From assembly GCA_038087875.1 (NCBI GenBank), contig CM075988.1, forward strand, positions 4,588,001 to 4,652,000: DNA of 64,000 nt, written 5' to 3'. The position numbers and the translations under genes are program-made. Positions 1 to 14,140 of the stretch are shown piece by piece (position 1 is the first letter of the stretch; each line of letters opens with the position of its first letter). Origin of the DNA: Malacoraja senta (taxonomy: Eukaryota). Below the pieces are notes generated by a model that made no database searches, was not told where the DNA came from, and worked only from the letters and a program-made list of their open reading frames with translations.

Positions 1-980
1 CACCACCACCTTTGACAAACTGCAATGGGCTTTCTCCGGCATTCACAACGGGGAAATATAACTCAAAACTAAACCAAACCTTGGCAGATTTTGTTCACGA
101 TTATATCAGTAACTGTGCAATGTAGCTCATTGCATGCAAAATGCCCAGGGAAGTTTCTGGGAGAAGTGATATACTGCTGGATAAATACAAGTTATTTCTT
201 TCATGCCCAAAATGAGTAAATAAGCAAAGAATGAAATAGGCCTTCTAGAAATCTGACATCCACATTTTCATTATTTTTCCAAGACACAATCTTATCACGT
301 TTCACGAATTCATTCATTTGGCAATATTTCAAATTATTCTGGCAGACAAGAATATCTGTTTGTTATATTTGAAATCGAAATTTTCTCAAGTGTATTCAAT
401 TTATTTTTGGTCATCAGTTGCATCTTTATAGTTCCTTGGATATGTAAACATGATCCCTCAGCGTTCAACAGGGAAATGGAATATGCAAAAGGAATATGCA
501 AGAATTATTCCTTTAGAAATTGTTCAATGATTGAAATTGGTTGAAATGTGGGCTTTTACAGTAATGGGGAGAGCTGACTTTCCCTTTTTAAAGGGGCTAC
601 CTGAAACTAAATTAGTAATGAGTGAAATTATTGTCAATAATCTAATGGTAACGGTAACAGATACTATAATGAGTAAATCCTGTGTTAGAAACTCAAAACT
701 GGACGACTGCTGCTGGAAATCTAAGAGAAGGAACAATTTCTTTAGACCCAAAATAGCTGGAGGAACTCAGCAGGTCAGACAGCGTCTCTGGAGAAAAGGA
801 ATAGGCGATGTTTAAGGTTGAGACCCTTCTTCAGCCAGATCCGAAACTTCACCTATTAATTTTCTCCAGAGACGCTGTCAGACCTGCTGAGTAACCCCAG
901 CTTTTTGTGTCCATCTTTGATTTAAACCAGCATCTGAAGTTCCTTCCTGCACTGAACAATTTCTTTAGATAGATGAAACT

Positions 981-1640
981 TCAAGTCAAGTCAAGTCAAG
1001 TTTATTCGTCACATAGGCATACGAGATGTGCAATGAAATGAAAAGTGGCAATGCTTGCGGATTGTGCAAAAAAAACTACAAAACAGAATGGAACAGAATC
1101 AGTAATTACATATTTGTGGGAGAGAGAAAAAAAAAAGAAGAAACAGCAATTTTAAAAAGACACCACACAGCAGTAAATTGGTACAGTAAGTTAGTCCCTG
1201 GTGAGATAGGAGTTTACAGTCCTAATGGTCTCTGAGAAGAAACACCTTCTCATCCTCTCTGTTTTCACAGCATGGCAACGGAGGCGTTTGCCTGACCGTA
1301 GCAGCTGGAACAGTCTGTTGCTGGGGTGGAAGGGGTCCCCCATGATCTTGTTGGCTCTGGATTTGCACCTTCTGATGTATAGTTCCTGCAGGGTGGGTGA
1401 GTGTAGTTCCCATAGTGCGTTCGGCCGAATGCACTACTCTCTGCAGAGCCTTCTTGTCCTGGGCAGAGCAGTTCCCAAACCAAATTGTGATGTTTCCGGA
1501 CAAGATGCTTTCCACAGCCTCTGAGTAGAAGCACTGGAGGATCCTCAGAGACATTCTGAATTTCCTCAATTGCCTGAGGTGGTAAAAGCGCTGCCTTGCC
1601 TTACTCACCAGTGCGGCAGCGTGTGATGTCCATGTCCTTG
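981..1640 (-). mobile_element. Rex1/Babar LINE 3' fragment
   Basis: KARQRFYHLRQLRKF..VESILSGNITIWFGN..ALQRVV; (CTTGA)n tail. Confidence 0.85.
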
Positions 1641-4600
1641 TCGATGAATCTCCTCTGTTTATTAAAGTTGAAGGAGGGAATCCACCAAATTATAGAATCG
1701 TTTGTACCAGGAAAAGTCTTAAATCTGAATCATTTCTTATATTTTCTATTCCGGGCCAATTGCTCGTTGACGAACTATCTGCTGGAGGAACTTCACTGCT
1801 CCCCCCCTATCAGCTGGATCCATGTCCATTGGCCTTCACCCCTCCTCTGGCCCCTCACCACTCCATGGTGTGAAGGGCCTGTTCCTGAGCTGTTCTTGTT
1901 CTATATTCTATAGGAGTAACATACAGTAGCAAATGAAAATAAGAAAACTAGAAAAATATATATTGAATGATTTTTCACACAGATTTGAAATTGAAGAAGA
2001 GGTCAATAGGCCAAACTCTGAAGGGAAGGTAAAGATAATTCAGGGGCTGAAACATGTTATCCAAGCAAGTAAACAGTTTAACAAAAAAAGTCAAATCCTC
2101 AGGTGTTAAGAGCTTTCGCCCCTGGTTTGAACAGTTTGAGTCAATTGCTGATGCCTTCACTCAGAACTTTCGAAACCCTCTCGATTCATGCATGTCACTT
2201 TAGATTGGGAAATCACAGATGAAACTCCACTGTACATTGAAGTTGAAAGAACGAATCCAGGGAATTATAGATGTGTTCGTCTCACACCTGTTGTTGGACA
2301 TTTATTGGAATCTGTAATTCAAGGCAGAGGGGGGAAGCACAAAAGGAAATCTGCGCTGATTATGGAGCCAACATGAATTTGTAGAGAGTGAGTCACATCT
2401 AGCAAAGTTAATTGAATTCTTGGAGAAAGTATATAAAGCAGTCGACAGGAGAGAGACTGTGATGTGCTTTTTGTGAAATTCCGGAAGGGAATGAGATGCG
2501 TTTCGTGCGGGAGAATGGTAGGGAGTATTAAACATTATAAACTAAATATATTATTCACCTGTCAGAGTGATCGCTCAGTTCAGAGAAGATGGCGGGACTG
2601 TATTCCAAATTGTGTTAGTTGACAAGAACAGGTCTGTTTATTACAGTTCATGTGACAGAGAGTCTTATTCCCAAACATTTGGCACAAATATAGCTGATAC
2701 TAAATTGAAATGAATCTAGATTCAAAAGATAGTAACCACAAAACCACTGCATCTTATTAGAAACCCATCTGTTTTACCAACATCTACTAGCAAAGGGAAT
2801 TTGATCTGCAGTTGATCTGTACTCTCTATGCTCTAGTTTAAAGTTTAGTTTGGTTTAGAGATACAGTGTAGAAACAGACCCTTCGGTCCACTGACTAAGG
2901 GCTTACTCCGACCATCCCATACACTAGTTTAGTTTAGTTTAGAGATACAGCGTGGAAACAGGCTGTTTGGCCCATCGAGTCCATGCAGACCATCACTTGT
3001 TCCATGTTATGCCACTCTGCCATCCACTCCCAGCACTCGAGGGCCAGTTAACCTACAAACCCGCACATCTTTGGGATATGGGAGGAAACTGGATCACCAG
3101 GAGGAAACTCGTGTGGTTACAGGGGAGAACGTGCAAACTCCACATAAACAGCATTAGAGGTCAGGATCGAAACACCTGAGTCTCTGGCACTGTGTTGGTT
3201 TTTTAAAACGTAACGTTTTGATTCTATATTTGATGTAAAATCCTGTGTTCTAGGAATTAAACCTGGTTAATCCTTTGATTCTAAGTCTAAGGAGATGATA
3301 GATGGAGAGAAGAAATAAGATAATTAACTTAAAACAGTGATAGGGGTTACAAAATGGAATTGGCAAAGCACAGTGGCCCATGGTAGATTGGCTGCCTCAC
3401 AGCGCTACAGACAGGTTTGATCCTGACTACCGGTGCTGTCTGTACAGAGTTTGTACGTTCTCCCAGTGACTGCATGGGTTTTCTCCGGATGCTCTGGTTT
3501 CTTTCCACATTCCAAAGACGTGCAGGTTTGTCAGTTAATTGGCTGCTGTAAACAATGTAGGATGCAAAACTAGCTTAACATAGAACTAGTGTACGGGTGA
3601 TCATTGGTTGGCGCGGACTCGGTGGGCTGAAGGGCCTGTTTCCACGCTGTATCTCTAAATTAAACTAAACTAAACTAAAATGCAGGGATGGAATGAATTA
3701 TAGAAGAGACATTGAAGGAGAAAGGAGACATTGGAGTTGATTTGGAAAGGGGTTGTAGAGAGCAGGAAGGATATATTCCATCAGGTAAATATTTAAGAAT
3801 AAAAGATGTCAAAGGCTTCAATATTTTTTGCAGAGCTTGCAGGCAATCACAGTCAGACTGCTTGTCAGTTACACATCATGTTTGAAACCCACTGCTGCTG
3901 ATCAGTTTATAATATCCATTCTTGATTCTTAATGTTTAAAAATTGACCAGACCTGCCGTAGGCTGTGTGGAAGTAATAAAACTCGTTATGTTCTGACAGG
4001 TAATAAAAATAGCAAGTGCTGGCAATGCCGATACAAACCTGCGGATAGCAGAGGATGGGGTGGGTTTAATGAGATGGTGCCAGGAACAGCACCCACGCTG
4101 TGCGGCTGCGGTAGCCCACGTGGGTCAGAAACCTGTTGGCTCAGGCTTCTTACACCACCTGCCGAGAAACATCCTTGCCAATCCCTCACCCACTGCCTGC
4201 TCTCACTCCCCACCTTCCCTCTGGACAACAGAATCTTTGATATAACAGCAGACCCACCCAACCTCACCGAGCTGACGGAGTGCCACAGTTCCAGAGGGGA
4301 ATTGGTTTGGGCAGCATCTTCAGCACTCTGACGTGGACAGTTCCTTGGCACTATTGCAAACAAGGTCTTCCTGGAAAGCTTATAACCCAGTGGTAAAAAA
4401 AAAAGATTTCTCTAGCTTCAAGTAACCCTTGCATCCCCTCTCTCTCCGACCCTCCCCCACGCAAGTCGGTGGACTAGTTTCAAAGTCGTCTTATTGAGTC
4501 TCATTGTCTGTAACTCGGTTTCACCTCGCCCCTGGCTGACAATGGTCTGTTTCCCCTATCGTTACTTTTTTTTTGCATATTTTACATTCATTTGTTCTAT

Positions 4601-4989
4601 ATGTCTCCACATCACTGTCTATATCTCTCGTTTCCCTTTCCCCTGACTCTCAGTCTGAAGAAGGGTCTCAACCCAAAACGTCACATATTCCTTTTCCCCA
4701 GAGATGCTGTCTGTCCCGCTGAGTTACTCCAGCATTTTGCGTCTATCTGCAGTCTCCCTGGAGACTGGGGCAGTGTTTATCCCTCCATCAACATCACCAA
4801 CTCTGATGAGCTCATAACTTCCTCAGCACTGAGGGAGATAAGGAGAAAGAATACCCAGAGGATAAATCCAGAGGAAGCATGTACTGTTGGAGGTGACCGG
4901 AGGGTGCCTTACCTGGGGGGGCAGGTGTAGAGAGGCATCATGAACCAGGGGAGTGAATGGAGGACATATCAGGGTAACATGTTTCAGGG

Positions 4990-5945
4990 TATTGTAGATA
5001 GTGAAGATAGTTATCAGTTACAGCAGCATCTTGATCAGATGGTCAAGTCGGCCGAGGAATGGCAAACACAGTTTAATTCAGGTAAGTGTGTGGTTTTGGA
5101 TTCTGGGAAGTCAAGTCAGGTCAGGACCATCACAGTGAATGGTAGGGGCCGAGAGAATGGTACAGAGCAGAAGGATCTGTTTCAAGTTAATTTCAAGTTT
5201 CCGTGTACCTTGTTGTGTGTTGTGAATGTTGGCAGACGAATTTCCCTCTGGGGATAAAAAAGTTCTATCGTATCGCATCGTATCATATTGTAGGAGTACA
5301 CATTCATGGCTCCCTGAAGATGGCATTCCAGGTAGATGGAGTGGTGAAGAAGGCTTTCATCAGCAGGTGTATTGGGTGTGGAAGTTGGAACATTATGTTT
5401 CATTTGTAGAAGTTGTGAGTTAGGCAACACTGAAAGTATTGTTCAGTTTTTGTGTCCATGCTATGGGGAAGATGCCATGAAGCCAGAAAGAGTACAGAGA
5501 AGATTAATGAAGATGTTGCCAGGACTTGACAGCCTGAGCTAGACCGAGAGCTTGAGGTTTATTCCTTGGAGCGCAGGAGGATGAGGGGTGACTTAGTAGC
5601 GGTGTATGCAACCATGAGGAGAGAGTGAATGAACACTGCCTTTTTTCCAAAGACAGGGGAACGAAGAACAGGAGGACATGTATAAGGCAAGAGCAGAAAT
5701 ACAGAATGGAAAGCCAAGGGGAAGCCTTCTCACTCAGAGGATGGAGATTATATGGAATGAGCTGCCAGAAGAATTAATCAAGGCAGATAAAATAACAACA
5801 TTTAATAAACATTTGGACAAGGTTATTGATAGGATATGGGACTAATGTGGGCAAATGGGACTAGCCTAGATTGGACATCTTGGTAAGTGTGGATTAGTCG
5901 GGTTGATGGGCCTGCATCTCTGCTGCGTGATTCTATGACTTCATA
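4990..5945 (+). mobile_element. CR1/HER1-like LINE 3' part (decayed)
   Basis: LQQHLDQM..EEWQTQFNSGKC; typical CR1 3' end. Confidence 0.8.
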
Positions 5946-5999
5946 GAATCAGTTCAAAGTTTTAGAGCTCTCAACCTGGCATATTTGTCAGGTTACACA

Positions 6000-6630
6000 G
6001 AAATATAGAAACATAGGAAATAGGTGCAGGAGTAAGCCATTCGGCCCTTCGAGCCAGCACCGCCATACAATATGATCATGGATGATCATCTTAAATCAGT
6101 ACCCCGTTCCTGCTTTCTCCCCATAATCCCTTGATTCCATTCGCCCAAAGAGCTATATATAACTCTCTCTTGAAAACATCCAGTGAATTGGTCTCCACAG
6201 CCTTCTGTGGCAGAGAATTCCACAGATTCACAACTCTCTGGGTGAAGCAGATTCTCCTCATCTCAGTCCTAAATGACCTACCCATTATTCTTAAATTGTG
6301 ATCCCTGATTCTGGACTCCCCCAACATCGGGAAAATGTTTCCTGCATCTAGCCTGTCCAATCTCTTAAGAATTGTATATGTTTCTATAAGATACCCTCTC
6401 ATCCTTCTAAATTCCAGTGGATATAAGAGCAGTCGATCCATTCTTTCATCATATGTCAGTCCCGCCATCCTGGGAATTAACCTGGTGAACCTACGCTGCA
6501 TGCCCTCAATAGCAAGTATGTCCTTCCTCAAATTAGGAGACCAAAACTGCACGCAATACTCCAGGTGCTGTCTCACCAGGGCCCTGTACAACTGCAGTAG
6601 GACCTGCTTGCTCCTAAACGCAACTCCTCT
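6000..6630 (-). mobile_element. CR1 LINE 3' part
   Basis: LLQLYRALVRQHLEYCVQFWSP..FTQRVVNLWNSLP. Confidence 0.9.
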
Positions 6631-7195
6631 CACTATATTACTCTCCTCCATCATGAGTTGCTTATTTTTCCTTGTGGCTGCAGTCTTAGTTGACACCTCA
6701 GTCCCCATCTCAGACCGGTTGCTGAGCTTCTATTGTTGGCCTACCTGTGGCCCAGTGCACCGCTCTCCCCCTGTTCTGGCTCACATCTACCAGTGTCTCC
6801 GGGCTGCACTCTGTAATGCAGCAGCTGCCTCCCTCCTCCCCCTGGCCTCTCTAGCTCCATCTCAGGAATTAGGTTACTCACAGCAGCCGTCTGCCTTTGT
6901 GGAGATGGTCCCTTGAGGACCGGGAGGCCCGCAGTTTGATGCACAGATGAACGTGGACCACCGTGTGTGTAGGAAGGAACTGCAGATGCTGGTTCACACC
7001 GAGGATAGACACAAAATGCTGGAGTAACTCTGGAGAGATGGAATGGGTCGAGACCTTTCTTCTACAGACTAAAGTCACCTATTCCTTCTCTCCAGGGATG
7101 CTGCCTGTCCCGCTGAGTTACTCCAGCATTTTGTGCCTGTCTTCGATGTGGACCACGCTGCAACATTCAATGTAAGGGAATGTTGCCCTTTACCC

Positions 7196-7433
7196 TGGTT
7201 GTTTTAGAAAGGGACTACGCCCTGTGTCCTGGGGGATTTCCGGGACCGCTGGGCACCGCGGGGGGTGGAAGGTATCCTTGACAAGGATTGTAATATAGTT
7301 GTTTAATTTTCAGTACATTGATATTTAAGAATATTTTGGTTTACTTTGTGCTATGGTGGTGGGTATTGTTTTGTATTGTAAATGTTATTCTTGTAAATAA
7401 ATTGATTACAATTATTTTTGGTTGAAAAAAAAG
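7196..7433 (+). mobile_element. Tx1 LINE 3' end fragment
   Basis: VVLERDYAL..DFRDRWAPRGVEGILDKDCNIVV* matches the C-terminus of the 31062-31511 ORF; AATAAA and polyA. Confidence 0.7.
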
Positions 7434-8614
7434 GAAGGGAATGATCAGCCATGTTGCTGCTCTTATGACCAAACTCCGTCCAGTGTGGGACAGCCTACAC
7501 TGTGGTTGAAAGCTGCAATCGTGACACCCCAGTGGATTCAGGAGTGGGAAGAGCTCAGTGTTACCCTTATTAAGGAGCAAGTGAATTAAGCAACAAAGTC
7601 AAAGTCAAAGTCAATTTTATTCGTCGCATGCACCCGAAGGTGCAGTGCAATGAATTTGCCAGCAGCGATACACTTAAAAAGAACACACAATACACAATAA
7701 GACTTAACACAAACATCCACCACAGCATTCTTCACTGTGGTGGAAGGCAACAAAGTTCAGCCAGTCCTCCTCCTTTGTCCGTCCATGATCAGGGCCCTGA
7801 ACCCTCCGTAGTCGCCGCTACAGACGGCCCGATGTACAGTCCCTCTTGTCGGGGTGATTCAAGTTCCGATGTCGGGACAGTCAAAAACTCTCCGCGGCTT
7901 GGAGTGCCCGAATCGGCATTTTCTTACCGGAGACCGCGCGTTCAGGATGTTATAGGCCGCAGGCCGGCAGTCGGAGGTCTTCTCCAGCAATCCCCGGCAA
8001 GGGATCCCAGTCTCCGGATGGTAAGTCCACACCACACTCGCGGCTAGAAGCTCCGCAGACCACAGCCCCATGATGCCAAAGTCACCAGGCCAGTGATCGG
8101 AGCACTCCTCTCTGGTGTCCCCCGGCAAGGCTTCGCCCACCCCGCGATGGAAAAAGTCCACGCTGCGCCCGCTACTGTAGATCTGGTCCCGACAGCGGGA
8201 AAGGAGGCTCCAATCCATGCTGTTAGACCGCAAAGTCGCCTCTCGCGACCAAAAGTGGTTCCCCCGTTTCCCCCCACCCCCTACACAAGACACAGAGACA
8301 CTTAAACAAACGTATGGAGACACCAAAACAAAAACAAAAATCAAAATAACGAACATGCTGCTGGCAGGGCAGCTGACTCGCAGTGCCCCCACCGACCTGG
8401 GAGTGAATTTCCATGCCAGTCATCTTAGTCACACAATTTATCTTCCTCTTTATCCTCTGAGGCTAACTGATGAAAGATGGAGGAATCCTATCCTCCTACA
8501 ACCTGGGACAGGGTAGTGATTACCATTCTGGTCACAGCCTGTTGGAGTCGCTTGTGTAGGGAGGAACTGAAGATGCTGGTTTAAACCGAAGCTAGATACA
8601 AAAAGCTGGAGTTA

Positions 8615-8965
8615 CCTGGATATAGTGGATGTGGAGAGGATGTTTCCACTGGTGGGAGAGTCTAGGACCAGAGGTCACAGCATCAGTATTAAAGGAAGGG
8701 GATGATGAGAATGTCTTTAGTCAGAAGGTGGTGAATCTGTGCAACTCATTGCCACAGAAGTCTGAGGACACCAAGTGAATGGCTATTTTTAAGGCAGAGA
8801 TAGATAGATTCTTGATTAGTACGGGTGTCAGGGGTTATGGGGAGAAGGCAGGAGAATGGGGTTTGGAGGGAGAGATAGATCAGCCATGATTGAATGGCAG
8901 AGTTGACTTGATGGGCCGAATGGCCTAATTCTGCTCCTATCACATGACTTTATGACCTTATGAAC
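8615..8965 (+). mobile_element. CR1 LINE 3' end
   Basis: MFPLVGESRTRGH; ggccgaatggcctaattctgctcc tail. Confidence 0.8.
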
Positions 8966-9574
8966 TCAGTGGGTTGGGCAGCATCTCTGTAGAACAGGGA
9001 ATAAGTGATGTTTCGTGGTGAGACCCTTCTTCAGACTGTGTGTTTGACCTATACCCCGAATCTGGCTTTCATCTGGAACCCAGTGTCTCATTTAATTACG
9101 GCTCAGATCCGGACACCACACAGTGAAAATCCCACACAGCAGTGGTGAGTTTCTCGGGCAAGTTTGATTTTTCAGGCCTTAGCGCTGGAGCTCCGGTGAG
9201 CTGTGACCGCCGAGCTCAACACCTCCGGGCTGCGGGACTGCGGAGCGGCCAGCCGCGGGCGGCGGCGCCGACTCTAACATCGGGAGCTCCATACCGGCGC
9301 GGCCTTGTTGGCTTGTCGGCTTCAGAGACCACGGACTCCGGTAGGGAATCGGCCGTTCCAGCCGTCCCAGCCGCTGTGAGGACTCTCCCGACGCCGGGGC
9401 AACAGCACCCGGCGAGAACGGCCAGGACCATCGGGCCTCCGTAGAGGCAACTGTGGAGGCCTCAATAGGCCTGACTTTGGGAGAACTGGGGCTGGGGACT
9501 GGACATTGTGCCTTCCCCCACAGTGGTAATCATTGTGGGGGGATGATTTTTGTGTGTAAATTATTGTTTTACTC

Positions 9575-9830
9575 TCTGTCAAAGATGGCTGCCGGAAGGG
9601 AGAGTGGACGCTGGCGCGTTTTAGCTGCCGCTGCTCTCTCTTTCATATTGTGTTTTTGATTTGTGTTTTCCGATTGAATTCTGTCTTTAATTTGTGTACT
9701 TGTGATGTCTTTACTATTTATTTTATTCTGCTTACATGTTTTTACACTATTTGTTAAACTTTGTAAGGTGTCCTTGAGACTTTTGAAAGGCGCCCATAAA
9801 TAAAATGTATTATTATTATTATTATTATTA
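9575..9830 (+). mobile_element. Short non-autonomous element with L2-type tail
   Basis: 5' AAGATGGCTGCC; 3' gtaaggtgtccttgag..gaaaggcgcc..ataaataaa then (TAT)n. Confidence 0.5.
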
Positions 9831-11274
9831 GCAGTGTATACCAGAATGCTCTCTGAGCCCCAAAAGTGCTTCGCAGACTCAAAACATTGACAGAATGTTA
9901 TATGTAGGAAGGAACTGGTGATGATGGTTAAACCAAAGATAGACACAAAAAGCTGGAGTAACAGGCAACATCTCTGGAGAGAAGGAATGGGTGACGTTTC
10001 GGACTTCTAAAGAAGGGCCTCGACCCGAAACGTCACCAATTCCTTCTCTCCAGGGATGCTGCCTGTTCCTCACAGAATGTTATACATTTTGCGATACAAT
10101 CGTCATATGCAGATTTTACATTTTTTAAATAATCCATCAGTAATCAACATGTTTAGTAGTCTTTGATCCTTGTTTTTATCTTTAATGGAGTTGCCTCTAG
10201 TTAACTGACATCTGGGACTTTTCTTTCTGATGGTTAGAAAAGCTTTCTCCCAACTGTCTTGTAAATGTGAGACATAAAGTGGCTCCTCTTATCCCATGAT
10301 CAGTTTTATTGCCCTCAGCCTGGTTCACAACCACCTATGTTTACCTTTACTCCAGCTATCTATGTCTTGCAATTTAAACACATCCCAAATTGATTTATTG
10401 AGTCTCCTAATATGATCTTTAAGTGACCTTCACTTTGTTGGCCTCATTTCCCATCATGCTTCTCCATTACGGTAGTGGCACAGTGGCGCAGCGGTAGAGC
10501 TGCTGTCTTACAGCGCCAGAGACCCGCGATCGATCCTGACCACAGGGGCTGTCTGCACGAAGTTTGTACGTGCTCCCCGTGACCTCCGTGGGTTTTCTCC
10601 CACACTCCAAAGTCATACGGATGTGTAGGTTAATTTGCTTCGGTAGAATTGTAAATTGTCCCTAAATGGAGGATTGTATTAGTGTTCGGGGATCGCTGGT
10701 CGGCGCGGATTCGGTGGGCCGAAGGACCTGTTGCGCGCTGTATCTCTAAACTAATCTAAACTAAACTGAACTAAGTGTGTAGGAAGGAACTGCAGATGCT
10801 GGTTTAAACCGGATAGACACAAAATGCTGGAGTAACTCAGCGGGGCAGGCAGCATCTCTGGTGAGATGGAATAGGTGAGGTTTTAGGTCGAGACCGTTCT
10901 TCAGACTGTCTTGTAAATGCGGTTCATAAAGTGGTTCCTCTTATCTCACAATCAGTTTTATTGCCCTCAGTCTGGTTTACAACCACCTATGTTTACCTTT
11001 ACTGCAGCTATCTATGCCTTGCAACACATCCCAAATCGATTTCTTGACTCTCCTAATATGACCTTTAAGTTACCTTCACTTTGTTGGCCACATTTCCCAA
11101 CATGCCTCCCCAGTATGTAACCTCTTAGATTAACCATATTACAAACTCACCCAATGTTGTTGTAATATCCAGAAATTCTTATATCACTGCCTTTCAGTGA
11201 TGGAAGGTTTGTTGTAAATGGGTTTTCAAGGATGCTGGCACATGATGAAAAGTCTGCCAGTCAGAGAATCATGT

Positions 11275-11750
11275 TCGACACAAAAAGCTGGAGTAACTCA
11301 GCGGGTCAGACAGCATCTCTGGAGAATAGGAATAGGTGACATTTTGGGTCGAGACCCTTCTTCAGACCGAGAGTCAGCGGAAAGGGAAACGAGAGATATA
11401 GACGGTGATGTAGAGAGATATATGAATGAAAGTTACGCAGAAAAGTAACGGTGATAAAGCAAGCAGGCCATTGTTAGCTGTGAGAATAAGTACAGACAAT
11501 GAGACTCAACAAGATGACTTTAAAGCTGGTACGACTTGGGTGGGGGAGGGACGGAGAGAGGGGGTTTACACAGGTTACTTGAAGTTAGAGAAATAATCAT
11601 ACCACTGGGCTGTAAGCTGTCCAAGAGAAATATGAGATGCTGTTTCTCCAATTTGCATTTGACCTCACTCTGACAATGGAGGAGGCCGAGGACAGGAAGG
11701 TCAGTGTGGGAATGGCAAGGGGAATGAAAGTGTTTAGCAACTGGGAGATA
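11275..11750 (-). mobile_element. Penelope-like element 3' end (GIY-YIG C-terminus plus pLTR)
   Basis: LPVAKHFHSPCHSHTDLPVLGLLHCQSE..KLEKQHLIF.L.SLQPSGM, followed by the abundant pLTR repeat. Confidence 0.85.
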
Positions 11751-12003
11751 CAAATTATGTTGCCTCGTCATGACTGATGGAGTCACTGGGTTTTGCCTGA
11801 AAGATGAGCTAATTGATGGGGCGACACAGCAGTGGCGTTCCTGCCTTACTGTGCTTGCAGCGCTGGAGACCCGGGTTCGATCCCGACAACGGGTTCTGTC
11901 TGTACGTAGTTTGTATGTTCACCCCGTGACCACATGGGTTTTCTCCAAGATCTTTGGTTTCCTCCCACACTCCTAAGAAGTACAGGTATGTAGGTAAATT
12001 GGC

Positions 12004-13197
12004 CTGTGTCACTGGATCTTGGACTTTCTGACAGAGAGACCGCAGTCAGTCCGTGTGGGCAAGAACACTTCAGGCTCGATCACGCTGAGCACCGGCTCAC
12101 CTCAAGGCTGTGTGCTCAGCCCGCTGTTGTTCACATTGCTCACACATGACTGTGCGGCCAGATTCAGGGACAATATGATCATAACATTCGCGGATGACAC
12201 AACAGTGGTGGGATTCATCAGCGGAGATGATGAATCAATGTACAGGGAGGAAGTAAAACAACTAGTGGACTGGTGCGGCAAAAATAATCTAGAACTAAAT
12301 GTGGAAAAAACAAAGGAGATGGTTGTCAACTTCAGGAGGGCGCAGCCAAAGCATGCACCCCTTAACATCAGTGGCGCCACAGTGGAGAGAGTGGAGAGCA
12401 TAAAGTTCCTCGGGGTGCAAATTACGGACAGCCTCACCTGGTCCAGAAACACCACTGGGACCATCAAAAGGGCCCATCAGCGACTGCACTTCCTGAGGAA
12501 ACTAAAACAGGCCTCACTCCCCACCAACATCCTCCTCAGGACTTTCTACAGAGGTACGGTGGAGTCTGTACTCACGTACTGTTTAAATACGTGGTACTCC
12601 ACCTGCAACTGCTCGGACAGGAAGGCTCTGCAGAGGGTAGTGAGGGGAGCAGAGAAGATCATTGGCGTCTCCCTACCCTCGGTACAAGAACTGTTCCTGA
12701 GCCGCTGTCGGAAAAAAGCTCAAAAAATTGCCAAGGACAAAATGCACCCCCTCCACATACACCGGATCTCCTGCCATCAGGCAAGAGATATCGCAGCATC
12801 AAAGCCCGGACTACAAGACTGCTAAACAGCTTCCTGCCATATGCTGTGAGGCTGCTAAACAGCCACTCTGTACTCACAGTCACCTGATTCTGCGGCTTGG
12901 CACGGACACTATAATAACTGGCACTGGCCACTTCAATCACTGGCACTGGCCACTCAAATCAGCCACCCCGGACATGTTTATGATCGGTCTTACTGTACTT
13001 TAACGTTGTTTGTATCTATTTTAACTTATACTGTTCCATCGGGGACTGGATTGTTTTAGTGTTATTATTATTATGTGTGAAATGTTTTAAACGTCATGTG
13101 CGATGCTCCGGTATTCCCTGGGAAACGTCTTTTCGTTTTGCACTGTACAACTGTTGCTTGCAAGATGACAATAAAGGAATTGAATTGAATTGAATTG
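12004..13197 (+). mobile_element. Rex1/Babar LINE, 5'-truncated, inserted in a SINE
   Basis: RT motifs [21 protein letters not shown]; (GAATT)n tail; 8-bp TSD aaattggc (11996-12003 / 13198-13205). Confidence 0.9.
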
Positions 13198-13644
13198 AAA
13201 TTGGCTTGGTAAATGTAAAAAAATGTCCTTAGTGTGTGTAGGATATTGTTAATGTGCGGGGATTGCTGGTCGGCGAGGACCCAGTGGGCCGAAGGGCCTG
13301 TTTCTGCGCTGTATCTCTAAACTAAACTAATCTAAACAAAATTGTTAGAATATGAACAATGTTCAGTTGTGGATTGAAATAATCCATTGACTCATTCAAT
13401 ATTACAACAACATTGGGTGTATGGTGAATGTTAACCATTAGAAAGAAAAGTCCTCCATTGACTCGATCTTCAATGTGCCTGCTTGCGGACGAGATATCAA
13501 CACAAAATGTGGGCAGAATTATAGGAAACAAACAGGCCATTCAATCCAATGATATAGTCCGGCCATCCAGTTAGATCCTTCTTGATTCCTTCCTAAAAGG
13601 TTTCCATGAATGCTAGACACCTCAGGGCAAAATCTCATACCTCT

Positions 13645-14140
13645 AGTGTAGGAAAGAACTGCAGATGCTGGTCTAAATCGGTAGACACAAAATGCTGGAG
13701 TAACTCAGCAGGACAGGCATCATCTCTGGAGTTAAGGAATGGGTGACGTTGAGACCCTTCTTCAGGCTGAGTCAGGAGAGAGGGAGAGAGATATGAAAGG
13801 GGAAGGTGTGAGCTGAGGGGTAGGTGACAACACGGCATATGATCAAGAATATTTAATCAGGGGGTAGTAGAATTAGTCGGAGAACTAGGATGGGGAAGGG
13901 ACGGAGAGAGAGGGAAAACAAGGGTTACTTGAAGTTAGAGAGTTTGATATTCATACCACTGGGCTGTCAGCTGCCCAAGAGAAATATGAGGTGCTGTTCT
14001 TCCATTTTGTGTTGGACCTCATTCTGACAATGGATGGGGCCCAGGACAGAAAGGTCAGATTGGGAATGGGAGGGGGAGTTAAAGTGTTTAGCAACTGGGA
14101 GATCACGTTGGCCTAAATGGACTGAGCGGAGGTGTTCGAG
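13645..14140 (-). mobile_element. Penelope-like element 3' end
   Basis: Homologous to 11275-11750 (EHLRSV..DLPVAKHFNSPSHS). Confidence 0.85.

Noticed and set aside
1983..2028. Possible plus-strand micro-exon (FEIEEEVNRPNSEGK, AG..GTAAAG)
   Set aside because: Short, no recognisable protein, no partner exons; could arise by chance
3986..4363. Overlapping ORFs in a GC-richer unique patch
   Set aside because: No motifs or convincing splice pattern; probably ancient repeat debris
7628..8516. Multiple long ORFs (also 9142-9659, 51249-51940, 38811-39365)
   Set aside because: By-product of GC-rich repeats; frames are not conserved between related copies
12019..12825. Host gene (Rex1 C-terminal segments are often mis-annotated as ALKBH8-like)
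   Set aside because: RT motifs, tail and TSD show it is a Rex1/Babar LINE
13290..13312. Harbinger TIR-like GGGCCTGTTTC at many sites
   Set aside because: Part of the SINE/CR1 3' tail; no inverted partner or TWA TSD
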